Source: Lepidodermella squamata | Taxonomy: Eukaryota; Animalia; Gastrotricha | Assembly: GCA_047495785.1 (NCBI GenBank) | Contig: JBLDXI010000050.1 | Location: 310,001-374,000 of the forward strand | DNA: 64,000 nt | Direction: 5' to 3' | Part shown: piece after piece, positions 23,929-38,950 of the stretch | How positions within the stretch are numbered: the stretch's first letter is position 1 | How the letters are laid out: each line of letters begins with the position of its first letter | Position numbers and translations under genes: made by a program | Notes under the pieces: generated by a model | What the model saw: the letters and a program-made list of their open reading frames with translations, nothing else | Databases searched by the model: none | What the model was told of the DNA's origin: nothing

Positions 23929-26681
23929 TTACACCGGGCTCATATATAAACGATTGAAGCAGCAATGACACTTTTTGATAACTTTGAATTCAAACTTTTG
24001 AATGTCTTTGATACAAGAGATACACTGGACATAGATAATTGAGTCAGTCTCTTTAAGTGATAAATCGTACCAGCGGGTTCAGAGCACCAGACATAATTTC
24101 TCTGTTGAAAATTGAAAAAGAATTAACGAAAAATGCTGTGCTAAGGAACTCACTGAAAATAGGCTTCAGTAGATGATTGCCTCAACGCGAGCCGAATGGA
24201 TCAGCCAATTCCCATTCTTCCTCTTGATCCGCCGTAGCAATGCGCTGGGCTTGCAGGACCAGAATGTCAGATTTTCCATCCTGATTTTGCTTGATAGCAA
24301 ACTTGACATCTCGACCCAGTCCAAAGGCCTTTTCAATGAACAATCCACTCTTGTAGAGGCGGTGGATTTCGTCTTTGGTCAGGCAGGATTCTTTCCCATT
24401 TGGTTGTTCGAGCTTCTCCTCACGAACAACACCGGTTTTCTCGTCCAGTTTGAAGGCACTCGACTTCTCCCCAATGACGTCGTAAGTGATATCGATCTCC
24501 TCGTCCCGAGGGTTCTTCTTATGGATAGTTATCTTATCCGGATAGGCATGCATCACGTCAATACCGGAACCCGCATTGACAACCATCCGACTTGTTGAGC
24601 CGTTATCAGGGAATCGGGTGAACAGCACCCCAGCGACGTCCGCCTTGACCAATCGTTGGACTACAACAGCCAGCGGAATGCCGGTTTGCTGCCGGGATTG
24701 AACAGCCCGGAGGGCGAAATGCGACGCCCAGCATTTCTTCACTGCCTCGGAGATTTTTTCGAGACCTTTCGGGCCGAGAATCGGTGAATCATGACCAGTA
24801 CCTGATGCCACGACTTCTCCAACAGCTGATAACCGAACCGCTGTATTAGTTGTTGCCCAATCCTTATCGCCAAATGTTTCCTTGAGACTAGTTTCAATGC
24901 TTCGCTCCAGTTTTTGGCTCAACTGGGTTGCGATGAATAGCTCATGAAGTTCGTTGCAGGCAATTTCAAGCTTGTCATCTGCGACAGATCGAGTCATCAG
25001 ATGAAGGACTTCTTTAACCTTAGATGACAGCTGAGGATTCGATGATAGGTGGTCGAGGTAAGCTGAGGCGGTAATAACGAAACCATCGGGAATTTTAAAG
25101 TCAGCATGGTTCGTCGGAGCCACAGCTGCAATACCAGCTATATTTGCGGCTTTCCTACCAGTGAGGCCACTGAAGCCAAAATTAGAAAAAATTAAGAAAA
25201 ATTTCAAAATATTCTCGCAAAAATTAGAATAATATAAAAATAAAAGAATATATTATAATTTTTTTTTTTAATTTTAAACCTTAACTTATTTTTTAAATTG
25301 GAAATTGCGAAAAATGCATTTGATTAACTTACGAATTTCTGCAAAGTGGGTCTGTGAGTTGGACGCAGAAAGGAGCTCCTTCAGCGGCTTGCTTAGGAAC
25401 AGGTAGATCTTGCAATAGCAATGGTCGGGTCGTTTTCGAAGCTTCACAATCATTTGTTTCGCCTCTGTTGTTGAAATCAACGTAGCCATAGCCGATTTGC
25501 GAACCGTCCAAAGTAACTTTGACGACACTTTCGTTATCGACGTAGAACATAGTGTCGATTCCACTGAAAAGTAGATGCTTCGATGTCGCAATTATTTGAG
25601 TTCTGAATGTGAAAGTCTGGCCATCTAAAACAATTAAAAATGAGCCAAGAATTTAATATGCAGAAGGAAACATACTTGTTGTAAGCTTGAAGGTCATATC
25701 TTCAGGCATATTGCCCTCTCCCTCGATGTTAGCCAAATGGAAATCAGTCCAAGTGATCGGGTGGATTTCACCATTCGGCCAGAACGAGTAACCCGCAGTC
25801 ATATGGCTGATTGCGCCAGGTATCGTAATCGCATGAAGCGAGAGGACCATTCCCTTCTCAAAGCTAACATTCATATGGTAGAATCCGTTAGTCGTCAATG
25901 CAGTTGCAGTTTTGAAGAAAATACTCGCAATTCCTTTCAGTTTGAGTTCGAGGCGCTTCTTCTCAACATCGACAACACAACGGACTTCGCCAGCGATTTC
26001 GAAATTCGATGACCCGAGCATACCAATCATTAGATTTAGCGAGTCGTCTTCACTAGCGAAAGCGTTAGCCATAAGGCTTGGGCCGTAGTCGATCACCATT
26101 GAAGCAGGGTCTGTGTAAGCTCTGAACCACAGCCTCAGATTCACTTCGACGAATTTCCCGCTGCTCAAGTCCTTCATCAAGCCAGCGTAGAGAATTCTGT
26201 AGGTTTTGGGCGTTTTAATAGCCCTGATACGAACTCCACCAGCTGAGATGTAACCAGGGTCTGTTTCATCTCCAAACGGCGTTTCATCAACAACCATACC
26301 GCCAGGGTGGATAAGAGTTCGGCCATCTGCAGTATGAATTGTCACACTCACCTCGACCCTAGAACCGCCATGGCGCCGCATGAACACGGAGACGAGATTG
26401 CCAGCCTTATCGAAGACTTTCATTGAAAACGTGCTCATTTGGTACTGCTCCATTTTCACAGGCAATTTCAACTTCTCCGCCTCCGCTGATCTGTCCTGCT
26501 GCCTCGAGTGTTGCCGTTTGATTTTGATCACCCATAGAATTGCTGTTAGAGTGATTCGTTTAATGTGGTACCATAATCCACTAGGCTGAGTGTAGAGGCC
26601 TTTCAATTTCACGGGGTTACTCGGCCTGGTAAAATAGGCGAAGGCTACGATGATGAATAGGGGGAAAATAATAAACCACAT
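23929..26681 (-). pseudogene. Animal PEP-synthase/PPDK-N-like gene, truncated and probably decayed
   Basis: N-terminal TM region, then an ATP-grasp PPDK_N domain (IPDGFVIT, AVKKCWAS, VVVQRLV, AGVLFT, LQAQRI). AVRSSA..ED is degenerate (AVRLSAVGEV). A stop follows WELADPFGSR, a remnant EIMSGALNPL exon lies downstream, and no phospho-His swivel domain is seen. Confidence 0.7.
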
Positions 26682-27989
26682 TCTAGAAAGGAAAAAAACA
26701 CTGATTAAATTTCGGACTGTTCCGGACTAACTGATATCATCCAATTAAGCACTGCGCACTGCGTAGTTGGCTGATAACGGGCTGATAAGGACTTTTCGGC
26801 CTTCCAGAGTCTGTCTGGCTAGATAAGGTCTCACAGAACACCTAACGTTTAAAGCGGAAACATGGGTCACCATCAATGAAAAAGCACATCTATCGAAAAA
26901 TATAATTTTCGTATTCAAAAGGCGATTTTGATAAAATTCAATTTATTTCGAAAAATGGGAAAAAACGAATAAATCAGTTATTTATCAAAAAATGTTTCTA
27001 GAAAAATGGAAAAATGAAAAATGGTAAAAAAGGAGATGAATATTTAAAAAAATCGCGAGCTTTCCATCGGCCTTGTTGCTGTGCCAAAATTGTTGATTGA
27101 ATGGTTCTGCGAGCTGCTAAAATCGCGAACCTATCAAGAAGAGGTTGTAGCATCGATTGTTGCTTGTGTTTAATCGATGCTTTCAGGAATAATTCATCAA
27201 TCTTCCACCAAGGTTTTATGAAAATATAGGAAAATATTGCTCTGCTAGAGGTAGCCAGTCATCCGAATCACAATTTGTGAGAAAGAACTTGCCCAACTTT
27301 ATTAACCTTACCGGTGTCCAAAAACCTCAAATACTACTATTGATGCATGGGCGAGAATTGGAGCATGCCACACCACGTGCCTCGGGTATATTTACGCACA
27401 TCACTCTAGGGTGGATGCATGATTTTTTTCGCCTGCAACCACTGAAAACACGCGCTTTTAAACAGGCATCTAACTTAGCTAATTTGTGAAAAATCAGCGA
27501 AGCTTACTAAACTTTTCAAATTTTCTTAGCTTATTATTTTGTAAAACCTACACGATTTGCAATTTTTCGCAGATTTTTCCGATCAGCCAAACACCGGCTA
27601 TTGGCTTCGGCTTCAAGGTTGAGTAGAAAGAAAAGAAGGAGAGCTTATGAATGGAAAATACGCATCCATTTTCGATTGATCGTTGCTCATTTTTTTGCAA
27701 TACTTCACATAGAGGCTAATCAACTGATTTGTTTTTCTTGCCCCACCGGAAAAGCAAGGTGAATCGTGCTATACTTACCTATCTCAGCGCGCATGAATAT
27801 ATACTATCGTGGCAGATATGTTTTATTTGTTTATCTATGGTAATAGGATGACTATGGACAACATGCCGGCTTACAACATGCCGTACTGGAGTATGAAATA
27901 AACCGGAGTAAAACCCACTATAGAATGCTTTATTATGGATCCATTATTAGATCCAATAAGAGCACGGGAAAAACTAGGGTACCTCACAC

Positions 27990-28137
27990 ATAGAGCGAAG
28001 TAAGACCGTGGAACTGAAAGGGATAAGGAAAATCGACATAAGGGTCCCCCCTTTGGTCTTTGTCTGAGCTCACCTTGCGGACCGATGGAACTGGTGGGGA
28101 TGATCCCTACCATCCCTAACGGTACTTCGCTCTCTGA
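27990..28137. repeat. Dispersed repeat, copy 2
   Basis: Matches 23455-23612. Confidence 0.6.
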
Positions 28138-30662
28138 CCTCACAGCATTTTGACGTATAGCGAGGAAAGGTCAGCAAAGTTACAATACAAAATGTCGCGC
28201 GAATCAATAATTTTCGTTGTTTTTCTGTTTGAGAATGGAGAATTTGCTCATGGAAAATTGAATAGATAATTTCAAAACATTTGGAGTCACCTTAAAAATA
28301 TGTTAAGCTTAAAGCAAGACTAAATTGAAAAATTGTCAACAAATTGATTATATTGGCATTTGAAAACGTTTCAATGGTGATTCAAAAAAAAGAAACCATG
28401 GGATCACTGTGTCAGAAATCCATAGGAATCAATAGTTTGGTCGCGTGTTTCAAGAATTGAGTAAAGCGTGATATCTCAGGGGTCCGAAATCAAAGAAAAA
28501 CACCAAACAACAATTTCTTGGATGGATTCCATAAGAATCGGTGTAATTCTCCGGTAACGCCGCAGATGACAAAATGCCCTTTGACTTTTTGGTTGAAGCA
28601 GAACAGAATTTCAGAATTAGACACCAAACGCCAATTATCAAACACGTTTTCGGGATCTCATCATTCCATCCATAGACACTGGGTCCCTAAAGTTGGACTT
28701 TACTATAGTAAATGGTATATTCACCATCTTTTGGCATGGCAGCTTTTCGGCGGATCGCTATGAGCCAAGAGATGCGCATTTTGGAAAGAGCCTTGGTTGA
28801 CCACTTCGACCACGATCTGTGATCTCGTCTGAGAGCCCTTGACGCCCGGTTTCGCCACGTCAACGTATGGCAACGCGCAAACCGCACCCAAGCGTCTCCC
28901 GCGGTTCTTTGAGCCGTGGTCCGTTTTTCGTCCTCCCCGTCCGCGTCGAGCAGCTCCGCCTCTCTGCAAACCCGGTACGCTGTTCTCCGCTGGCACTGGC
29001 TTCCTGAAGGTCCTTTGCCACCTTCGGTGTTTAAGATCTTATTTCTTGCCTTTCCGATTTTCTGCATTTGATCTATCGCATATCTTGTTCGGTCATCCTG
29101 TTTCCTCCTTCTAGCTGGCTCATATTTTCAGGGTGCGCTCAAGGATCCTGGAACGATCAGTGTTGGAAAAAAACTACCGGTTTTCATTTCATTTGTTGGC
29201 TCATAATCAGCCTAAAAATGCTTCAAAATGTAACGAAAAAGCATAGTTGACATAAAAATTACCGTATTTTCCGAATTATTAGGCAGGATCTATAATCTAA
29301 ATATAGTGCAGAACTAGAATAAAGGGGTGAGGGTAATGTTCATTTGAAGTAATAGGCAGGGCCTTGTATGACGTGGCTTGCATGGGCGTCTGCTGGGTGC
29401 TCGGCTGCGTCTGCTGAAAAATCGCAACCTATTCAGCTTCAAACACTTTTTTTCACCGGTAAGTTTAATTGCACTGATCGTCCTTTATCCACCTCAATTC
29501 GTATAATGGATGTCCGATCCTGGTCTGGATACGAAATGTGAAAACAGTGATGACACTACGCGTCGTTTCTGTTGCGAACTTTCTTGTGAATAGCGTTACG
29601 ACAATGAGCGCAGTGTCGGATCATGGTTTTGCGATCTCACAGAACTGCTTGTCCGACTCTGGCATGGATGCGAAATGTGAATACAGCGACGACAGGACGC
29701 GTCACATCTGCGTTGCGGAATGCGTTGCGAATGGCTATTGGGCAGTCCTCGTCGCATTTTAGCTTTGCACAAAGAAAGAAATTTCAAAAAGGATCTAATA
29801 TGACAATGAACAACTTTTCGAAGCAAATTTGTTCGCCAGGTACAAATATTTTGACAATCGGTACACAATTTTGAAATCCATTCACACTTACAACTGTCAT
29901 CAGCAGATTTTCACTGAGTGCTGACAAGAAGACACAATTTTGCTTAATTATCGGTATTAATTAAAGACTACTTTTAAAATGCTACCTGGGGAAATTTAGT
30001 AAATCGGCTGTTTCTCAGTCTAGCTGATCCAAAGCCCGACTGTGAAGCCAGCAATTGAAACGCTGGTGCGAGCTATTTCTGTCATTGATCGCTTCGAAAA
30101 TAGTACACTCCATGACGATGAATTGATTACCTGCCACATGGCCCATTACATGGCCACAGCGTCGTATGGTTTCATCGCGAGTTAGCACTCCATCCTCTCT
30201 ATGGAACAACATCTGATAATCATTGAGTTCAATCAAAATGAACTTCGAATAACGGATTATTTCATGCGTTGAAACAATTTCTAGACAACAAATGCTGAGA
30301 AATGCTGAGGAATATTTCACTTGAAGCTGCACTTGAAGCATTATTTCCTTACACTGTTATTTTGCTGATTTTCGGTTTAAATGTAACCCCAACAACATGC
30401 TCAAAACAAACCATGCACACATTTCTTGGCTATCTCACGTCACAATTCAGGCATCGATTAAAGAATTCGCAAAAAACATCTCGCCTTTGTTCATCGATTG
30501 AGCGAACGTTTTTTCGCACTCGATCCCAAGCAACGCCAAACAAACGCCGCAGCTGCAAGACCCGCCAATCGATGCGCCTTTTGTTTCACGGCGCCTTAAT
30601 ACACAAAAAACATTCCTTTGTGCAGTATTTTATTCGACTATGTTTAAAGATGAAATAACAAG

Positions 30663-33437
30663 ATGACGGCGGGCGAGCCTGAGATACAGCCAGTAGATGA
30701 CAGCAAGAAGGAGCTGGCCAAGTCGGCGCTCGACTCGGCCATGCCAGCCGTCGCAGCTGAGCAAATTCTGCCGGCTGTTGAAATCGACGATGCGAGCGAT
30801 GACGATGAGACGAAGCGACGCAAGTGCAAGGAGGAGGCGTTGAGTGTTCTCAAACTCGTCGGCACGAATGCAGCCCTCATTATAGCCGTAGCGTTGTATT
30901 GCGCCCTGGGTGGGTTCATTTTCAACCAAATCGAGGCGCCTAACGAAATCGCTGAGTGCAAATCGGTAAGTCCTATTATCGGCTTTCAAATTAAGCTTTA
31001 AAATAACGGAAAAGATCAAAGTTTGATCGCACTATTTTCGAACACATGCAATTTATAAGGAAATGTCAGCAGTCTGACATCAAATTCTGATCCGAATGAT
31101 CTTTGTTTGATCTCAGTTTGATCTCCCTGTTTTTAATAGGAAGCTCTGATCGGGGTGCTTTAAGGTTATTTCGCCATTGATCAGGTTTTGATCAAATCCT
31201 GGGTATCAGAACAAAAATAATATTCCCATATATTTCCGCTTTAAAATCACATGTATTGCCTTTATGCAGAGACGAGACGTTTACCGGACCGCATTGGAGG
31301 CTGCTGTGAAGAAAGTTGATTTCCTATCATCGAATCTTCAACTGTCCGATGACGAGCGCAGTCAGGAATATTCCAAGACAATGGACGAATTGCGGGTGAA
31401 GTTTCAAGACTCGAACTGGGACACGCGTGACTGCGACACAATGATCCCGCTGTGGAACTGGATGGGCGCTTTCTTCTTCTGCCTCACTGTTGTGTCCACA
31501 ATAGGATACGGCCAAATCGCACCTAGGACAGTGGAAGGTCGCATTGTTGTAAGTTGGCAGAAATTGTGAATTACATTTCATGAGAGATTGAGAGCCCAGC
31601 AAAAATTGTTCAAAAATGTCCGGAAATAATCGCATAAATGTGAAAAATGCAGTGCAAAAATTCGCCTGCTTGAGAGGTCCAGGCTAGAAAACTCACAATA
31701 ATTTCGGAATTCAGCGAAAATTGTAAAAAGAGGATAGAATTTCTGAAAACAGCCTCAAAACCAGTTTTCAAGGAAAAAGTGAAATTATAACATGATTTTT
31801 CGGATTTTCTAATACTTCCAATCCAGGTAATGTTTTATGCGATTGTTGGCCTTCCCATCATGGTTATGGCCCTAGCTTCAGTCGGTAACGTTCTCGCCAG
31901 TATGTTCAAGTGGCTTTATAACATCGTGTGCTGCTGCGGTTGCTGCGTTCGTCATCGCAAGGCGCGTGTCCGCATCAAGCCGCCAGCTATCATGTGGCGA
32001 GTCAATGCCGAGGGCAAGCCAGTCGGCGATGGGCCTAGTGTGTTGGCCGAAGATTCCGACTCTGAGCTTGAAGACGAGGCTCAAGTCAATATTCCTTTGA
32101 CAGTCTCACTGGTCGTCATTGCCCTCAGTTTGTTGATGGGGGCTGTCATTTTCTCGAATTACGAGAACTGGACCTTCCTTGAGGCTGCATACTATTCTTT
32201 CGTATCGTTAGCTACGATTGGTTTCGGCGACTTGGTGCCTGATTTCACCGATGCGACTAGCGTCAAAAGCCAGGGGAAAATGTGTGTCACGTGTAAGTTT
32301 AGTCAGCAAGCATTGATATTTTGAACGACTTGGTTAGAGAAAAACCGAAAAATTCATAACAAATCGATTGGTGTACCCCACTTGCGAAATTTCTCATTTG
32401 CCCATTAAATTTTGATAAATTTTGTATCACTTGCGCATTTATTTTCGAATTATCAGGTTAGCTCTTGGCTACGTTATTTAGGCATTTCATCATGAGGAAA
32501 TGCAATAGCTTGCGGTAATAGGCGGGACCTTCGGGTTTCATAAGCCTTGCAATAAACGGAATTTGCAGAAAAATTGGATAATTTTAGTTATTTTTCTTGC
32601 CATCTGATGCGTAGTTGAAAATTGAGCAATCTCGGTTTGTCAAGGTGAGAGTAAACTTGTTTAATATTTTTTTGTAGCCCTGAAAAAGTTGAAGAGGGCT
32701 AAAGTCGCGAATCGAGTCGAATTGATTAATTTTCTTTGCTAGAAACTGTATGGAACTGGAGAGTGAGCGAAAACTTACGCGACCCCTGTGATCGATCGAT
32801 ACCGAATTTTTCCATAAAAATATGCTAATTTAGTGTTTAGTGTCATAATAGCGGATCATTATAGCGTTAATAATAGCTGATAATTCGAAAATAAATGCGC
32901 AGATGATAAAAAATTTACCAAAATGCTATGCGCAAATGGGAAATGCACAAGTGGGGGCAATTCGGCTTTGTCCAAAGGAATTCTTCGAGAATCTTCCTGT
33001 CCCTTTAAAAGTTGAAGCAAATTTTCGTTTGTAACACAACAGGGATATTTCTCGTATTTGGAATGGCCCTTGTCTCTATGTGCCTTCAAATGATGCAAGA
33101 CGAGGTTGCCGAGAAGATAAAATGGCTGTCAGAGAAGTTCAAGCAAGACAAGGAGAAAACGCAGCAAATGAAGGAGGCGCATGAAGAAGAAAAAGAAGCC
33201 GAGCAAGCAGCGCGTGAGGCTGAGATTAAGAACGTTGATGAGACTAAAGATTTGGAAGAGGCTGCTGATGACGAGGGCGAAGGAGAGGAGCGTGGCAAGT
33301 CGGCTCGGGCGAAGAGCTCTGCGCGAACGAAAAGCGCCCGAGCATCGGCTGCTTCGTCGGCTTTTCGAACCCGGACGAGCACGGGTCGGAAATCCTCGAG
33401 GCCTGTTACGTCTCGAGTAGTCGCACCTATGGCTTGA
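30663..33437 (+). CDS. Two-pore-domain (K2P/TWiK) potassium channel (4 exons)
   Basis: M1 YCALGGFIFNQIE; P1 AFFFCLTVVSTIGYGQIAP; M2 FYAIVGLP; P2 YYSFVSLATIGFGDLVP; M4 IFLVFGMALVSMC. Confidence 0.93.
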
Positions 33438-36400
33438 TGAACCGGTTCATTTTATCATAAATCCAGTTTTTCTTTAAGGATTGTTCACTGCTTTTTTAAG
33501 GCTTTGGCTATGTTTTCATTTGAATTTTCATTTACAAAATCCATGGCTAAATACACTCTAAATAAACATCCACAATGACTCTTTAAGTTTTAAGTGATAT
33601 TCTAAATGTGACTTTTCCATTTAAAGGGCTGTACTTGTAGCCAGCCGCGTGCATGATATCGCATATCGTTCGTGTTGCGGCGTAAGGGACCGCCATAGTG
33701 CTAGCGTATATTTCTATATATCATTATACTGCTATATTGTGTTTGCAACTGCGGAGCGGTTGCATTCCAAATTACTGCTTTCGGTTCAAGGGCTATAAAA
33801 TTGCCATTAGCTGCGATTGCTATCTTGCGCTCTTGGACTCTTGAAGAGAATAGAGAAATTCTGCTTCTTCGCTTATCCTTTCTATGACTTTTCAAAGTGT
33901 TCTCCTGCTATTCTGGAATAATTCTTCGATTTATGATTTTACTGGTAGCAAAAACGAGCTGTCGTGAACCGTTGCTGTGCATCTTTATTTTCAACGCAGC
34001 GAAATACTCGAAAATGAACAAAGGAAATGAAACCATGAGAATAATTCATCAAACTTTGTTTCAAGAAAAATTGCGATAACAGGCTGAATATATCGAAATA
34101 GCCAGCACTCAGCAATAGTAGAGTAACGACCTTTTACCGGAATTTCGCCAATTTTCCAGTTTCGATTCCCGATCAATTTCCAATAACCAATCAGCTATAT
34201 CTGAAGGAGAGACTTCGAGTACAAGTTGAAGTAAAATAATCATATCAACAATGCAGAATTTAAAATTTAATACAACAGCTAATAGGATTTATGATACCCT
34301 ATTTCTACTTCAATAGCTTCGGAGATATTGCAATAAGATGTTAATGAATCATTACCAACTATTTTAGGAATGACCCATTCGAAATAGAAAGTTAACCTGA
34401 TTTTTACGAAAAATTATAAATGATATTTATGACTATTTCTTTACTCTTTATTGGTTTTTTTTACGTTTTTTGGTGACGGGAAGATCAATCAAACTATTTA
34501 CTATGCAACTTGTGTTCTTATTTTGTAGATATTTTATGGATACTATTGACCTTGTTATTGCAGGCTCGCGGTATGCGGATGTGAGGAAGAAGAAGAAGCG
34601 GACCATGACTAAGGAAAATAAACCGGGAAGTGACATTGAGATACGGCTAACTATACCCAAGACTCAGCGTCTCAAGGTCATCAATTTTAGTAAGGCTGTA
34701 AAAGACAATAGAGTTGTCGAAAAACTTCGTAAAACTTAACCGAGTGACGATATAACAAATCTCGTGGATCAGGCAAAAAGCTTAAAATATCTTCCGCCGA
34801 TTCAAGAGCGTAAAAAACGGGAAGATGCTGATAATTCGGTCAACTCGGAAGTCGATTCGACCGATGAAGTGTCCCTATCACACTTGTCTGGGAGCTCCGA
34901 TCAGGACGATCCAATTAGCGAGACTAGCAGGCAATCACACAAGCAGTCAACAAGTGATTTAAAAGAAATACAGTGAGTATTAGCAATCTTCGCCCTCTGT
35001 GAGAAATGCTATGTAATAGTTTTTCTTATAGATTCAAGGCTTTATGTACGATATTTCAAGCAACGAAAACTTGAGAGCTGTGTTACTCAAGTTGTACAGT
35101 AAATTAGAAGAAAATGATGTCTCGATTATAGCAGCTCTTCCTGATGATGTAAATAATAGAAAAGATATCATTGAATTTATTAACCAGGCTAGAAACGATT
35201 TAAAAATTGCTAAATCTAAATTTCGTTTAACATTGGTGAAGCTATTTCTAAACTTAAAAAAACTGGTAAATGTCCAAAACAAGCTCAATGTGACATCTAT
35301 AAAACTTTCGGTGATTGTAAATCATGGTGTTATGAATTAACTAATCTGTACTCTAACTTCAAAGACTGCTGGCCAAAACTGATGTATTGTGCTATTTCTG
35401 TTAAACGTGAAAACCAGATATTACGTGAAAAAATATATGCTTTAATTAACGAAGATGAAGGTTTCCACGATTCTCTATAACGAGTAACTCTGTAACTCTG
35501 TAATGTATGGACCACATCGACTTTCTACCTATTCTAACAGAATAATAAAATGGGTGGAATGGGTTAACAGAAACTTTCGCTCCTTTATTACCTGTGTTGT
35601 TCTCATGGTAACATTGACAGAGTTGAGAAGAAAATGCTTTAGCTTCAAATAACAACAGGCAGTTAATTTATCGGAAATGCATTTTTGGCGCAGTTTTCCT
35701 TGCGTTTCTGAGATTTCCGCGCTCAACACCTGTCATTCATCTACGGGAAGCTTTCAGGCGCACTGGCCCTATCGTGCGCAGAATTTTCAAGGCTTTCTAG
35801 CGGGATGAAAAATTTGAATTTCTATCCAGCCAATTAAAGCTTGCTGACGTTTATGGACTCGAAATTCATGATTTTTACTATTTTAGAGATTTATGGGATC
35901 GTTACAAATGACACAAGCCACAAGAACAATGTTTTCACCCATGAGATTCATTATAGCATTATAGCATTATATTCATTAAAAAAAATGTTTCCATCCCTGG
36001 GCGCTCGGGGATCGAAGATCGCACCCTGCTCATGCGTCACTAGACGAGACCAGAGTTTTATTGGAATCCTTATCCTCCCTGCGGTCGGAGAAGGAGCGCC
36101 GGGTGAAACCCAGAATTTGAAACTTACATATTACCTACATGCAAGAGTATTCTTTTATTTAGCTATGTAGTAGTTGAAAATGACCGCATGTGCTCTAAGC
36201 TCTTTGCATTAGTTGTCGCTTGTCGCTATAGCAGATTGGTAACGACTGTGTTCCAAATCTTGTAATTTCTAACACTTCTACTGCTAAATCAAAAATCAAG
36301 CAGTCAGAGCTCCAGGATTGGACTCCAGGATGTAAATTCAACCATCGGAATGACTTGTTTTGATTTTTTTCATCGGAACACGCGACTAATTTATCGTAGC

Positions 36401-36495
36401 ACTACCTTAAACCGTCGGAATTCGCGCTAAATTGAAGCAGCAATGAACGATTTATTAAACATTAATTTATGCTCCCAATTTTCACCATTTGAAAC

Positions 36496-38030
36496 ATGAA
36501 TTTTTTGAAATTGTACGAATCTGACGGAAGCGTACAGGAATTTGAGGTCTCCAACGATGGGCAGTCGGTCGAGAATCAAGATCTGGACTGGGACGAAGAT
36601 GACCCTGCTCTGGTTGACGATGAAAATGGCTTTATTGCCGACCCGAAGCCGACAAATGAATTTGAGTTTGACTCGTTCGAAACTTTGCGATTCGGCATTA
36701 CATTCCAAGAAGCCAAGGACTACGTCAAGCGGAACTACGGCATTCTTTGGATTGACACTACCAAGAGCGGTTTCAACAAGCAAACATGCTATTACGTTTG
36801 TAAGCATCGGAAGTCAGGCTCAAAGGATTGCCCCCACCGGGGTGTACTCAAATGGTCTCCTGACCAAGCCGTGTTTTCGTGTGGCGGCGCTCATGTGCAT
36901 CCAAGCAATTCCACAAGCGTTTTAACAGCCGAGGTGAGGCGATATGTGCTGGATCATATCAATGATCCACCCAAGTACATCAGGGAGCGGCTCATCAAAG
37001 ACAATCCAAAGCTGACAACTAGGCAAGTCGCCAATTTGAAGCAACAGTTGAAGAGAAAACATCGAATGGCAACTGTTGGTCCTGACGCGCTTTCAAGCTC
37101 TTTCGGAACAGCTGAGCTTCGTGCCTGGTGCGAATCGCGAACTCAGAAGCCTGTCGATGACAAACAACCTTATGTCGTCCACTAGGAAGTCGAGGAATCG
37201 CTGGCAAACAAGGATAGGAAGCCGTTCTATAGATAGGATAGAAAGTTTATGCCGCTTTATCTTCCGATGGCGGTAATGGCAGATGGCGCGGGCTATATTA
37301 CTACTGCGATCGAAACAATCTTTGGCAAGGGAGCAGTGCTACGATTGTTGTGCTATTTTCATGTGAAGTTCAACGCGCGGAAATGGTTTGGGCGTAAGTA
37401 ATTTGCCTCTTTCCGACGGTCGTAAGACAATTTTACCTTTGTTAGAGTTCTTAGAGTCGGATCAAATTGTGGTACAAGCTGCACGACCTACTAACGCTCG
37501 TTCAGCTCGCATTGTCACGCCTTGAGGTAATTCCGACGGTGTTAAGATATTCCGAAATTACCTAACAATTTTTCATTTTTAGTTTTTGCTGTTGTGGCAG
37601 CTTGCCAAGGATGAGATGGCGGCCAGCCGATGTTCATGCTGAGTTTGTCGCTTATTTCGAGCCAATATGCCAATATTGGTCACAAGCTGGATTCAGTCGA
37701 TTCCGCGCTGGTGCTGCGCGGTAACCCTCGGGGTAGGCCACCTCGTCAAGGTCGTGCGCTGTAATTGGCTCAGCAGGTTGGCATGGCTCCTGAAACTGCT
37801 TTCGAGGAAGAGGGCGCGGGCGGCCACCAGGTCGTGGATTAGGACGAGGACGGGGATCAGTTTATTTGCTGGCAGTTGAAGATGCTCCGATTGCCGCTAC
37901 AGCAGTGATGACACGAAACCGAGGTCGCGCTCGTGGACGCGGGGTTGAGCCTCCAGAAGAGCTGGTTGCTCCGGCGGTTGCTCGCGGCCGTGGCGCGGGT
38001 CGCCGACCGGGGCGGGGACGTTCTTAATCA
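36496..38030 (+). mobile_element. Decayed Mutator-like (MULE) transposase
   Basis: N-terminal YYVC..C..H.H zinc-ribbon. Downstream fragment VMADGAGYITTAIETIFG..RLLCYFHV carries the MULE D and CxxH motifs. Internal stop/deletion; no TIRs identified. Confidence 0.7.
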
Positions 38031-38798
38031 AGTCTTACTTTGCGACTCATTGAAAGTTACTTATTTCATCGAACATTTCGGTCTTAACACATCGGAAAAT
38101 AAGAATAAATATTATAACGATGACCTTTCCGATGCTTATTATTTAAAATATAAAAACTTAATATTCCGCAGGTTCCGACGCTTTAAGTTAAAATGGTTCG
38201 AGAAAAGAAAATAGAAGTTCGCGGGTTTCATTTTACTTTTTATCAATTTTTATCAAAAAGGCGGTAAGACCTTAGTTTAGCGTTTAGCGGCATCCAAGAT
38301 TTCAAGTTTTTCGATTGCATCTCTGATGGTAAATCAAAATAAATCAAATTAAATGGCCGCCCTGCGTGAATCAATCATTATAAATCTAAATAAGGGAAAA
38401 TAAGGTCTAAATTAAATTAAATCAAATCCAAAGCATTGAACTGGGCCTGTTGAGCAACGTGCGAAAGAAGGCAGTTCTATACGAAGAGGTTGTTGTGGGT
38501 TACAGCCAAGCATGCGAAGCACGGGCGGCGTCAAATCGCGGCAGAGGTTATCCTATTCCGTTTGGTCGTGTGACCCGAAGCTAAGTTTCGAGCTAAGTTC
38601 CGACGATAAAAACTTCGGCTAGCAACTCGCTAACTTCTAGCGCTCTTATCTAGCGGAATGAAGAAACTAGTTGCTGGTTACTTTTCTCGCTTCGCTCGAC
38701 TGCGACAACAATTAATCGCTAAGTAAATCCGATAATTAGGATTTCCTAATATAATTCCTAATATAATTCCTTAATCGTGTCGCTAACATATCGCTGGT

Positions 38799-38950
38799 TG
38801 GGCAGAACGACTTGCCTTAAACAGAAACAATGGCTCAGAAAAGATGATGCGTAGAAAAAAACTGGCGCTCAGCTATCTTGCGACTTGCGACTGACTTAGC
38901 GGGTGGCGGATATGCCATTTTTTCCATTTTGGGCAAGTCGTTCTGTCGCC
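38799..38950. repeat. MITE-like inverted repeat
   Basis: GGGCAGAACGACTTGCC...AATGGC versus GCCATTTT...GGGCAAGTCGTTCTGTCGCCC. Confidence 0.45.

Noticed and set aside
24182-26681. Bacterial contamination or recent horizontal transfer of PEP synthase
   Set aside because: The gene has spliceosomal introns and the N-terminal extension of the animal family.
28687-29114. Overlapping GC-rich ORFs as a gene
   Set aside because: No motif, splice model or paralog supports any one frame.
29260-30270. pogo/Tc1-like element (TACCGTATTTTCCG)
   Set aside because: Only one candidate end and no convincing DDE motifs.
33621-35760. Kolobok-like element (TTAAAGGG start) with fragmented ORFs
   Set aside because: No matching right terminus or recognisable transposase motif; left as unassigned decayed coding sequence.
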